Shown here: positions 36,096 through 47,645 of the stretch, piece after piece
How the letters are laid out: each line of letters opens with the position of its first letter
Numbering within the stretch: position 1 is the stretch's first letter
Origin: Hydrolagus affinis
Taxonomy: Eukaryota
Assembly: GCA_012026655.1 (NCBI GenBank)
Contig: JAAILG010000754.1
Coordinates: 1 to 64,000 of the forward strand
Length of the DNA: 64,000 bases
Direction: 5' to 3'
The notes under the pieces: model-generated
Database searches by the model: none
What the model saw: the letters and a program-made list of their open reading frames with translations, nothing else
What the model was told of the DNA's origin: nothing
Position numbers and translations under genes: made by a program

Positions 36096-36974
36096 TTGTT
36101 AAAGACTAGTTGGGATTAAATTTTCAACCAGATGATAATGATCATCAATATTAATTATATTGTTATAACATTGATACTAGTATTGTTCACCCCCATTGTT
36201 GTATAATGATAAACTGTTGCGTTGCTGACACAAAAACAGTATTACATCTCGATCAAATAAAATGATGCAGGCATCACCTCGTTGCCAAAAAACAAGAGTT
36301 TGCATTTGTTGTCAAACCTTTCCGAATAAAATCTACAACCTCTCTCAGAAACATTAGCAATACGGATTAAATTGTGCAGAAACAGCATTCAATTTAGATT
36401 TTTTTTCCTAAATAATGCGGTGCGTTATTTAGCAACTCATTTGAAATACTGGTAATGAGAACCTTGGGAGTTAGGAAGGTCTTGAAGAGGTATCACACTG
36501 TGTCTTGCATTATGTTTCCATGTAAGGATTTGATTTCCTTCTGTGGGGCTACTTGTGTTTGATCAGCCCACTGCATCGTGTTGCATTGCACACTCTATTG
36601 CTTCCTGTTAGTGATTTAGTACCTGTCATTTCAGTCCAGGAAAGCTTTGCATCAAAAGTAAATTTTCCTGTGTTAGATCTTTGCTAAAATGCATTTAAAA
36701 GAGAGTAAAGTAATATAAAACCATTGATAATTGATACATCCAAAGAACAGCAAGTCAGACACTGTAGCTGTGCCCTTGTACCATACAAGGCATCAGCTTC
36801 AATTATGAGTGAAGTGACGATCTAGGGCTTGAATCCACAATCTTTTGACGTAGACGTGAGCATGCTACTAAGTGAGCCAAGCTGGCACCGTTTTATGAAT
36901 TAGCCGCTGTGGCTGCATAAAAATCTGGGTGGGATGGAATTAAATGTCCGTTATGGGAATTTTTATTTCACCCT

Positions 36975-37318
36975 CACAGTTGTCTTCGAGTCACTTCATG
37001 GCCTGGTTCCTCCTCCCTACCTCCCCGACCTGCTTACTCTCCAACCCACTATCCCCTGCCTCGGCTCAACTGGCTCTGACCTCCTGCTTGCCCTTCCACA
37101 CTCACAGCTAATAAGCCCTAAAACTCTGGAACACTCTTCCTCTATCCCTCTGCCTTACCCCTTCCTTCCCCGTCCTACGCCTTCCCCCTTCCTTCCCCAT
37201 CTTCAGGTCAGTCACTCTTTCCTCTTTGGTCACCTTTCTCCGGCTCAGCATTGTGCTCTGCCACTGTCTGGGACGCTGCCCTGCGTGAGGGGCGCTATAT
37301 AAATGCAAGTTGTTGTTG
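36975..37318 (+). mobile_element. L2 3' fragment
   Basis: Frame ...FESLHGLVPPPYLPDLL... and a ggcgctatataaatgcaagttgttgttg tail. Confidence 0.75.
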
Positions 37319-37561
37319 AAATAAAGCCAGAGGGCAGCTGGTGTTGCAAAGGTAAGTACTACCGAGTGCTACCACACTGTTTGTGCAGTTATCTGTCCCG
37401 TGGACTTAACCCACCACGCAGGATTGAGGTGAGACACTCCACCACCTGACCACCTCTGGCCAAAACTCTGGATTGTCGCTCACCATAGACTCTCTGGACG
37501 AAAACCCAACTCAGAGGTGAAAATGCATTCAAAGGTTCGAGGAAAGCGTAGGGAAATGGGA

Positions 37562-37661
37562 NNNNNNNNNNNNNNNNNNNNNNNNNNNNNNNNNNNNNNN
37601 NNNNNNNNNNNNNNNNNNNNNNNNNNNNNNNNNNNNNNNNNNNNNNNNNNNNNNNNNNNNN
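37562..37661. other. Assembly gap (100 N)
   Basis: Run of exactly 100 N. True length unknown. Confidence 0.99.
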
Positions 37662-38635
37662 CCACACGCTACGTTATAGCTTTAAAATACAAGCCTATTT
37701 ATCAGGTAGTGTTTGCTTCTAAAATTGATTTGTAACATATTGTTCTTCACTTTTTTCATTGCTCTTTACAATTAAAGGAAATCCATTAAAGTAAAATCTC
37801 CCATGATGTTCATGTCTAATACCAAGCTGTCAATGCTGTGGTACACTCTGTTATAGTTTTTCTGTTACAAATTTAGAGAGTATACTGAGCTATTTACTTC
37901 AGAATTGATCTAATCCAAAGTAAATGTTTTTTCTCATTATTTTCCACATCTGAGTTTTGACTCCACTTTATTCTGTAATATCAATGTAATTGCATTGCAT
38001 AATCATTCCCAACTTCTAAAGCTTTAAATTCATTAACTTTCGTTCAAGGACTGGAAAAAAAATCTTTTCTAAACACATACATATTTTGTTTTGTGCAATC
38101 ATTTTCAAAAGTAATGCCAAATTCTGCAGAATTGCTTTCTTTTAAGTGGCTAATAGTTCAAGCAAATTGATTATTTTCCATTTCAAGAATTTACTTTTCA
38201 TTTGCCGTTCCACTTTCAAAACCAGCTTCAAAGGAACTCAGATCAAATAAGAGCATAGAATATATGAAAATAAAACGCCCTCACCTCTGTTTCAAGGATG
38301 TTGCGTTTAGCCTTTTAGAATGCCCATCAGTTTGATGTCTCGAGTCCCATCAATTGTTCTTTGCAGACTCTGAATCATCCTGCCAATTTGTGCTGATTTA
38401 GGGGAAGTGTTAGCTATAGCGCCTTCACGATTAGGAACTGGATTCACATAGTCCAAACTCCTGCCTGGGGAAGAGACTTATTTCTTCAACCTCGGCTAAA
38501 GTCATGAATTTCTCCTACACCAGGACCCAGTCCTCCAGAAACCATATAATAATAAGATTTAATGTAGCATTTTATCATATAGTTGAGAGGTCTCCAAGCA
38601 CTGCATAGAATATACTTTCGGCCACAATATAATTC

Positions 38636-38933
38636 TAATAATAATAATAATACTTGCATTTGATAATAGTGCTTTTCATGTCTTCTACACATCTCAAAGC
38701 GCTTCACAGAATGTACTGTAAAATGGATTGACTGTATATTTGTGGGCAAACGTGGCAGCCAATTGTGCACAGCAGTGTCCCACAAACAGTCATGAATTGA
38801 ATTGATGACTTAATTTTTTTTTAAGGATTATTATTAGGCATGTAGAGTAAGGAAACTTGCCCAATGTTTCACTGCCTGGAATCAAACCCAAGTTTCTCGC
38901 TCATAAGGCGAGTGCTCTAACCACTGAGCTACA
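38636..38933 (-). mobile_element. Near full-length DeuSINE (a second partial copy follows to about 39125)
   Basis: Reverse complement of tail, core and head. Confidence 0.88.
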
Positions 38934-40560
38934 TAGATAGTCATTTCACTTTACAGTATTATCTGTGAAGCACTTTGAGACAGCTCAAAGACATGCTAAA
39001 GTGCTATAACAAATGCAAGGATTATTATTATATACTGGAAAAGTGAATTGACTGTATATTTTGTGGGCGAAACTCGACAGCCAAAGGGGCACAGCAGTGT
39101 CCCACAAACAAACAGTTGTGGATTTTTAAATTTATTTAGCAATATGCAGAAGTCCTCAATCCCCATCATTTATGAGAAATGGCAGGGAAAATGTTAGCCA
39201 TAATGCTCTGAATTGCATTGTTTGGGCACAATGATATGAGCTTCCCATGTTTTTTAAATGAAAGCAGTGATTGATTAAGCTCCCAACATGAGAGCGAATT
39301 GTGTGTTAAATTAGGCACATCCGTTGCCAGGGAAAGAAGTAGGAATCATATTTGCACCTATCTTTGGTGTAAATTCACCTTTGTGATGGGAAGGAAGTGA
39401 GCTAACGTAATTAAGAGAGAAGCAAATAAACTGAGTGAGATAAGTAATTTATAAATACTCTAGTAGGTGTCAACTTACTTTGTATTTTGAAACAGTTTCA
39501 CAGATTGAGTTTCCTGAGTTCAGACATTCAACCAACTGTGTGAAAATTCTAAATGGAGGTTCAGTGAATAGAACTCTTTGCCTGTGGGTCAATAGCCACT
39601 GCCACTTATCACATCGTTGAGACACCTCAAAGCACATCCCAGAAGCTACTGAAAAGTGGATTTACTATGCAAATGCAGCAGCCAAATCTGAATATATTTT
39701 TCTGCATTTTATCACGTTTGAAACCTTTTAACTCTGTGGTGAGGCTCTATATGCAAGGATTATTATTACTAATATTATTATTATTATTTTGAACCATTAT
39801 ACTCTGAAACGGCTATTTTAAAGACAGGACAACCATATTTTTAATTCTTAAAATTCATTTCTGTGCCACAATGACTTTTCAAATGCCACAATGACTTTTT
39901 ATTGTAAATTCCTTTTTTTTTGTCCTACGCTGTGATTACCGCAATCGTAAATTCCTAACATATGAAATGTTGATATGAATCCTATCAGCAAGGAAATGCT
40001 TCCTGGCATTTGCTCAAAAAAAGCACTTAAATTTATTGAGTTGGAACTAATCTTGGTAAATGTCATGAATAGACACATCCAGCTGTTGTCCAGTTTTCAT
40101 GCAGCATTTTCTGATCATTGTTGGTTTCTCCGCTCATAATATTTGGCAAATGGAATGATGCATAAGATCCATAATTAATTTATGCCAAGACTAGTTTGGA
40201 TGCGAGAAGCATCTCCTCCCCTTCTCAAGCGTAAATTATCTTCCATATCCAATACTTTTATTACTAATGGCTAATTTGACATGGAATTTGTTGACGTACC
40301 AACTATGCTGCTTATCCCAACAGAAATTATAAAATTCAGATTGTTGTATTAACATGGTTATAATAATAATCATCATCATCCTTGGCTTGGCATTAATCAA
40401 AACGCACAATATAGAGTCACCTAGTTATAGTGCAGGTCTGCAGGTCAAAATAATCCCTGTGTTTAAGTCTAGCTGTGCAGCAGCTATGCATGTTGTGTAT
40501 AGGACAAAGCACAACCCCACCCTGTTCTATTGTGGACAGGTAAGATGTGACAACCTAAAC

Positions 40561-40868
40561 TATAATAATAATAATCCTTACGTTTGATACAGCACTTTTT
40601 ACGTCTTCTAGACTTCTCAAAGCGCTTCACGGAGTATACTGGAAAGTGAATTGACTGTATATTTGTGGGCGAAATGCGACAGCCAATTTCGCACAGCAGT
40701 GTCCCACAAAGAGTTGTGAAAAATGACCAATTTATTATTATTTTTTGAGGAATTATTATCAGGAGTGTGGAGAAGGAAACTTGCCCAAGATTTCGCCCTG
40801 CCTGGAATCGATCCCAGGTCTCTCGCTTACAAGGCGAGTGTTCTAACCACTGAACTTTCGGACTCCAC
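40561..40868 (-). mobile_element. Full-length DeuSINE
   Basis: Ends gactccac; core and tail intact. Confidence 0.88.
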
Positions 40869-41721
40869 TTTGACCTAAATGGTTTTTTAATGACCAAATC
40901 TAAGACTTTTGTCTTAGATACTGCGGGACACTTTGTGGGATACTGCCATGCACAATTGGCTGCCACAGTTCGTGGACAAAATATACAGTCAACTCAGTAC
41001 ATTTTGTGAAGCGCTTTGAGAAGTCTCAACGATGTGATAAGGCACTGTATCAAATGTGAGCATTATTATTAGATTATTATAGTATTCCCCTCATATAAAT
41101 GATCAGTAATTTAATGCAGTAGATAGTTTAAGTTTGACTGACCTACTCAAAAAGATTTAAAAGCAATTGATTTACATGCCTGGGTTCACAGTAATGTGGT
41201 TATTAGTTCAAGTGCCATTGGTGCCTAACACTAACTCGCCATGTGTTACATGGAATGAGTTCATTTAGCTCAGCTCCTCATCGGAATATTACGAGCATTA
41301 GAAACTATAGTGTGCATTGCGAGCTGGTCACCACTAGCAGTCACATGTTCAAAAAATGATTGATTAACAGAGATATTTGAGAATGACTACATTTTAAACA
41401 ACTAATAATAAGAAGAATCATTGCATTGCATTTTTAACATCTTATCACGCCTTTGAGGCGTCTCAAGGCACTTTCCAAAATACACTGTACAGTGAATTGA
41501 CTGTACATTTTGTGTCCGAAACATGGCAGCCAAATTGCACACATTGCAACAAAACACTGAGTAATCAGATATGGTCTGTATCAATAACAAAACTTTTGAC
41601 AGTCGTACAATGGAACCCCCACTCTTGAATTTAGATTAGTCATTCCAGCTCACTTAGATTTAGTTACTAAGCAAATATCACGACAATTAATAATGTTTGA
41701 AAGCAATGTTTTTGTTTAATA

Positions 41722-41938
41722 CAGTAAAAGCCCATTTATCCGGCACCCTCGGGACCTGGCCAATGCCGGTTAAAGCATGTGCCGGATATTCCGCCGAAAA
41801 CATAAAAAAAAGGTTTTTAATAATAATAATGCATTTTTCCGGATAAATTCTGGTTAATTGAATGCGGACCTTTTTTTTGCGGTGCCAGTTAAACGGAAGT
41901 TACGGTTGATTGGGTCACAGATAAACGGGTTTTTACTG
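41722..41938. mobile_element. Tc1/mariner-type MITE, second copy, 217 bp
   Basis: TA flanks at 41720-21 and 41939-40. Left TIR CAGTAAAAGCCCATTTATCCG; right end ...cagataaacgggtttttactg. Interior homologous to 21953-22167. Confidence 0.85.
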
Positions 41939-42249
41939 TATTAACATCATTCATGTTAAGTAATTCAGGGCGCTATATAAATTGAAGTTGTTGTTGTTGT
42001 AAGTATAAAGAATGGATTCCTCAGCACACTCAATGTTTTCCAAATTAAATCATTATTAACATTTCTTATCAAGAAATCTGTTACAAATTAGACTCTACTG
42101 GCATTTTGCCTGTTTTCTTTCAGTTTGCAAGACTTCATGTTTATTTAAACAGTGTCATCTGTGTTTGTAATTGAGCTTTCTGTCAATCAACTTCGATTTC
42201 TAATCACGGAATTGATTTTGCGACTTTCACATTGTAACTGGGCTGCTTA

Positions 42250-42897
42250 AGTGGAGTCTTGTAGCTCAGTGGTTAGAGTACTCGCTTTATAAGCGAGGGA
42301 CTTCGATTCAATTCCTTACATTTGATATTATAGGAGAAGCTGTTTCCTTACTGACACAGAGGTCAGTAACCAGAGGACACAGATTGAAGATAATTGTCAA
42401 AAGAACAAGAGGGAGACAAGGAGAGATTTGTCAGAAATTGGATGGGTTATTATAGGTCAGTGGTTAGAGTACTCGCCTTACAAGCGTGAGCCTTGTGTTT
42501 GAATCCAGGCAGGGCGAAACCTTGGACAAGTTTCCTTAAACTCCTTAAGCAAATTCCCACGCACCTACTAATAATCAGTCAACATTTTTAAAAACTGGTC
42601 ATTTCAATCCATGACTGTTTGTGGGACACTGCTGTGCGCAATTGGCTGCCACATTTTGGCCACAAATATACAGTCAATTCACTTTACAGTATATTCTGTG
42701 AAGCGCTTTGAGACGTGAAAAGCACTATATCAAATGTAACCGTTATTATTAGATTATTACAGTATGAGAATATTTTGGATGGGAACAGGAAAAATATATT
42801 GTTATAGGGAAAAAACAGGGCATCGGACAAATTGGATAGCTCTTTCAAAGAGCCGAATGGCCTCCTTTAGTGCTGTAAGATACTACGATTCTATGAT
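42250..42897 (+). mobile_element. Nested cluster: SINE head (42250-42313), CR1 3' fragment (about 42330-42430 and 42780-42897), with a SINE (about 42457-42757) inserted in the CR1
   Basis: CR1 aaccagaggacacagattgaag (TRGHRLK), later ctctttcaaagagccgaatggcctcct...gattctatgatt. The SINE core and tail lie between the two CR1 pieces. Confidence 0.75.
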
Positions 42898-43649
42898 TCC
42901 AATGCTTTGAATAGCTTCCTATTCCAGTTCACAAGTTTTATAGTGACCTCTCACTCAGTATAAGCACCGTCGCTAAAGTTGCAGAGAATTACACTCTCCC
43001 ATTGAAAACTTTATTTTGCCCTTATTTCCTAAATGAATTTACCTCTGTATTCAATCCACCTGCGCAATCTTACCTGCTTAACAACCAAAGAGGCAAGTGT
43101 CAAAGTGCAAGATACCACAAAGGTCAAAACAAGAAGTAGAGAAGTAGGAAACATCAGTGATGGGACGCATGATACACAACATGGATTTTCAAACCTATAA
43201 ACTGAGGTTTAGAAAACTGAGGAAAAATAGTCTTGGGATCCTGGGAAAGGACAGGATACAGAAGATGAGTTGATTTTAATACATAGATTGAGACGAGCTT
43301 GTGGAACAATACATCTAAAGTTTGAGAAAGAAGTTTGAGAGAGCAAAGACTATAGTGGTATAAGAATAGGGAGTTATGTGAAACATTGCAATGGATAGAG
43401 ACTGGAGAAACGGGAAGGATCACAAAAGAAGAACAGCAAAATTACATTTATAGAGAGCCTTTCACGTCGGGAGGATGTCCCGAGGCGCTGAAGACTCTTA
43501 ACAGTTTATTTATCTCATCCTTCAGAATAATTATCCTACTGTCTTCCCAATACAGCATCAAGCTCTTATACTGTAGTGTCCCTGCCAACCACAACACTAA
43601 TCCAGTGACTTATTGACATCAATACTATAGCAATTAAACCTTTTCTTGC

Positions 43650-43968
43650 ATCTGTGCTCTGGGCTCCTGCCTGCATCATGTCCCCCACTCAGCCCGCCCC
43701 ACGCTTGTCAGTCAGGCCTTCAGCCTCTCTGTCCCCACCCTTTGGAACTCCATCCCAAAGTCCTTACACCTCGCTCCTTCCCTTGTCTCCTTCACAGCCC
43801 ATGTAAAGGTCCTCCTCTTTTACCGCATTTCAGTCACCCTCCTACCCCTGCCCTCCATCCCTCCTGACCCCAACCCCCAGCTCGGGTCCAGATCCTTTAC
43901 TGTCCAGCGCCTTGGGACATCCTCCCGACATGAAAGGCGCTGTACAAAATGTAATTTGTTTTTGTTGT
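43650..43968 (+). mobile_element. L2 3' fragment (subfamily A)
   Basis: gccttcagcctctctgtccccaccctttggaactccatccc plus tail. Confidence 0.8.
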
Positions 43969-44873
43969 CGCATCATATCGAGAATTGGAAGACAATTTTC
44001 AGAAGAGTCTCCCTAGATATGGGAGCAGTATATTCAAACATATGATGAACTGAGGCTTTATCTGGATTCAGATTGAATCCCAACAACTCACTCAGAAATG
44101 TCTGACTTCACTTGGACAGAATTAAGCCGAGGGGCAGCTCGACTGCACATATGAATAATCGCGGATAGTTTGGAGCTCAGTAGAATAATGCATTTGCTTA
44201 TATGCATCGTGTCACAACATCTTTGTGTCAGGACACTGTGACGTTAATTCCCTGCCTCTCTGCGGGGAATATATTAGTATGGATTCACAAACGGCAGGTA
44301 CCTGCTGGCAATAGACTAACTGGCCCTTAAGTAAAAGGGAATCAGCTGTCAAGATCAATGAAAATGATAGATAAGATCGCGTTTTGATCCGAATTTGCTT
44401 TTGTAAATCGCTGAATTCTTTGACGTGCCTGGTTCCGAAACTGCCATCATCCCTCACCGTGGTCATAGTCGAATATTGTTACAGTGTTATTCTGCTACTG
44501 TCCCCTGTTGACCTGCTGCTTTTCAAGTCGTTCTCCAATTCTTCAATCTGCGCTCTTATCCACCTACTCCTCACTTACTCACCCACTACCTTGATTGTTT
44601 CTTTGGTGTTTGAAATCTGTCTGCGGGCACTTTGATACCCTGAGCACCATACCCCCGCTTAGTTATCTTTCAACACTCAGATCATTCTCCTTATCTCTTA
44701 ACCATACCAGATCTCCTCTTCACCTTTCTGAACAGTGATTAGACTCTCCCACTGTGATTTATTTAGCTTGATTTTCATTTGGTTAATCCTTTTATTTTGT
44801 GTGTGTGTGGCTTCATGTTTCTTTTGCGTTTCAGTTGGCTTTATTTTCCTAACTGTTGTTCAGTTTACATTTC

Positions 44874-45240
44874 TGGAGTCCTGTAGCGTAATGGTTAGTG
44901 TGCCGCCTCGCAAACGAGATGACCCTGGTTCGATTCACAGGTGGGGTTGAAACCAACTTTCCTTTCTCCGCATGCTTCTGTGTCCCTAACTGTAACTAGG
45001 AACCTGGTTCTTAGTTTTTTGGAGGATTGATTTCCGGGGGTAATAATCCCTCAAAACAAAATGTGGTCACTCAACCGACGACTGTTTGTGGAACACTTCT
45101 GTGCGCAATCGGCGTCCGCATTTCGTCTACATCTACAAAATATACCGTCAATTCGCTTTACAGTGTATTCCGTGAAGCGCTTTCAATTGTCTTAATGATG
45201 TGATAAGGCACTATATCAAATACAAGGATTATTATTATTA
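44874..45240 (+). mobile_element. Full-length long-form SINE, diverged
   Basis: ggagtcctgtagcgtaatggttag head, extra internal segment, core and tail. Confidence 0.75.
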
Positions 45241-45321
45241 AAGTCATTTAGCACCACAATTATACATTTCCAGCTGATTTACTTTTTTATAATGATTATT
45301 AAGTTGTACTAATGCTTTCTC

Positions 45322-45885
45322 TACATTTGTAGAGCGCCTTTTACATCGGGAGGATGTCCCAAGGCGCTGAACAGTTGGGTGTCAGGACCCAAGTTTGGCG
45401 GCGATGGGCGGAGGAGGGTGTGGGATGAGGGAGGGCAGAGAGGTAGGGGCTGGCTGAAGGCACAGTCGAAAAGGAGAATCTTGGGTCGGGCGTTGAAGTA
45501 GGCAACGGATGAAGTAAGGCCAAGAGATTGTGGAATGGAGTTCCAAAGGGGGAGGTGGCAGAGAGGATGAAAGCCCGGCCGCCGATGGTAGAGCGGGTCG
45601 AGCAGGAGACATGGACCAGGCCGGACAGGTTGATAGGGGGTCATCAGGTCAGAGAGGTAGGATGGAGCAAGGCTGTGGAGGGTTTTGAAAGTAAGAGCGA
45701 GGATATTGAATTGTATGCTCTGAGGGATGGAGCCGGACGAGTGCGGGGGTGACAGAGCCTGGTGCGGGAGAGGACACAAGCTGCAGAGTTTGGTTCATTG
45801 CAGCTTGTGGAGGAAAGAGTTGGGGACGCTGACAAGGAGAGAGTTTCTATAGTCGAGCCTTGCGGTGACAAGCACACTTATGAGG
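45322..45885 (-). mobile_element. L2 3' fragment with degenerate ORF2 end
   Basis: Reverse frame IQFNILALTFKTLHSLAPSYLSDL...LWNSIPQSL...KILLFD plus the L2-A tail. Confidence 0.88.
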
Positions 45886-47292
45886 GTTTCGGTTACCACC
45901 CCATCCTACTGATTGTGTGTCGCGCAGGCATCTCGTACACCTTCTTCTTTTTCTCTTCAGGCAATGATCTTTCCCTCCATCTATTCAGAGTATCAAGTAC
46001 ATTAATGTCATAATCCTGTCAGATTTTTCTCAGCAGCATTAACGTGTCTATCCCACTACCTCCACTATCAAACTTTGAGCAGTGCTGGTTCTAACAAAAT
46101 CCCAGAAATCAAAAACACATATCTTTCTTTCCAAAAAAAACCCAAACTGATATAGAATTATAATTTAAGTCTTTAAGATACCCAGCTACCAGACTTGTGT
46201 ATGAATGTAATTGAAGTCATGCATCATGTTTGATGTGAACAGTGCTTGCGTTCCCATAATCTGCTGTGATGTTGGTTTGGAACTGTTTGTTTGTCTTTAC
46301 CAATCTTGCATTGGACAGAAATACAGACAGTGTCTCAGTCAGTTTATTGATCAGTTAGGGCCTCATAAATTGCTTCTGTCTGAAATCCTTGTTCCAGCTT
46401 ATTTAGACAATTCAATGCAGACTTCCTTTTCTTCTTTCTCTTAATCTTCTTTCTCAGCGCCCTGGGACAGTCTCCCGACGTGAAAGGCGCTCTATAAATG
46501 TAATTTTTGTCTTACACTCTGACCCAATGTTGGCCAAGTGGTACAGTCAGCCAACAAAATACATTTTCTTGATGGCATATTTCATGATTTACGCCATTAA
46601 ATCAAGTCGTACTCAACCAAGCGAAAATACTGAAAAGATACTACTCTGCAAGGAAGGAGTGGCGGCTTCCAGACAGCCCCAAGGGCCACCCCCGGCCCAC
46701 GGGCCACAGGTTGGCCACCACCACTCTAACCAATGACGAGATATTTTGACTGTATCGATTAAAAAGATAAAATTGCTTTTTTGAAGAGATGTTCCACTTT
46801 ACAATCCAATGTAAAGTGGAATCTGTACTTCATAATCTGTACTGGCACGATGATACAGATAAAACAAATGACAAAATGTTTTTAAAATGATTTTTTACAT
46901 ATTCCCCTGCAGGCTTTTTGTGAGTTTAAAAATAGCTGCAAGGATATACTGAATGTAAAATATTCCGCAACAGATGAGTATATTATCAGGCAGAATTACG
47001 GGAAACTTGATGTAGCTAAAATATTTGTGAGAGAATCTGTTTTGTACATTAATGACCTTCAGATCTGCAAGAACATATTCAGCGAGATTCATGCTTCCTT
47101 TATTTTTATTTGGAAATAATCAGTGAATCGTAAAGGTCATTGTTATTGGCAAAGAGCATCTATTGGAACAGTTGGTTGATTAAAGTTGGTGTGTTTGTAC
47201 AGTGTTTTTTTTAATTTTGAGATGAATTATACATAAGTCTTATGAGGCCAACTCTGTAGCACCAAATAACTGAAGAACAACAATAAATGTCA

Positions 47293-47645
47293 ACTTGGCT
47301 CTGTTGGTAGCATTCTCACCTCTGGACCTCAGGAGGTTGTGCGTTCAAGGCCTACTTTGGCATTTTGAGTTGTATTCAAGGCTGATATTTGCAGGCAGTG
47401 CATTATTGGGGATGCGCTGCATTGCCAGAGGTGCTGTCCTTTGGATTAGATGTTCAATCGAGGTTTGATTTGCAAATTGTGTACAAATTGCCTTGACATC
47501 CACTATTGCCTGTTCAAGTGGACATCCACCATGGCACTATTCGAAAAGAGTCAGGAGGTTTTCCCAGTGTCCAAGACAATGATTCTCCAGATAGCGGCCC
47601 ACTTCATGGCTTTCTGTGGGGCATTACCGTGTGCAAATTGCCTTG
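47293..47645 (+). mobile_element. Ancient DeuSINE of SacSINE1/LmeSINE1/AmnSINE1 type
   Basis: gctgcattgccagaggtgctgtcctttggattagatgttcaatcgagg...catggcactattcgaaaagag.caggaggttttcccagtgtcc resembles the recalled Deu-domain consensus. tRNA-like head ttggctctgttggtagcattctcacctctg...ggttgtgcgttcaag. Confidence 0.7.

Noticed and set aside
37389-37735. ORFs spanning the N run
   Set aside because: Artefacts of the assembly gap.
40484-40966. Recurring ORFs containing [17 protein letters not shown] (for example 160 aa here and 146 aa at 56181)
   Set aside because: Chance translations of the non-coding SINE consensus, not a protein family.
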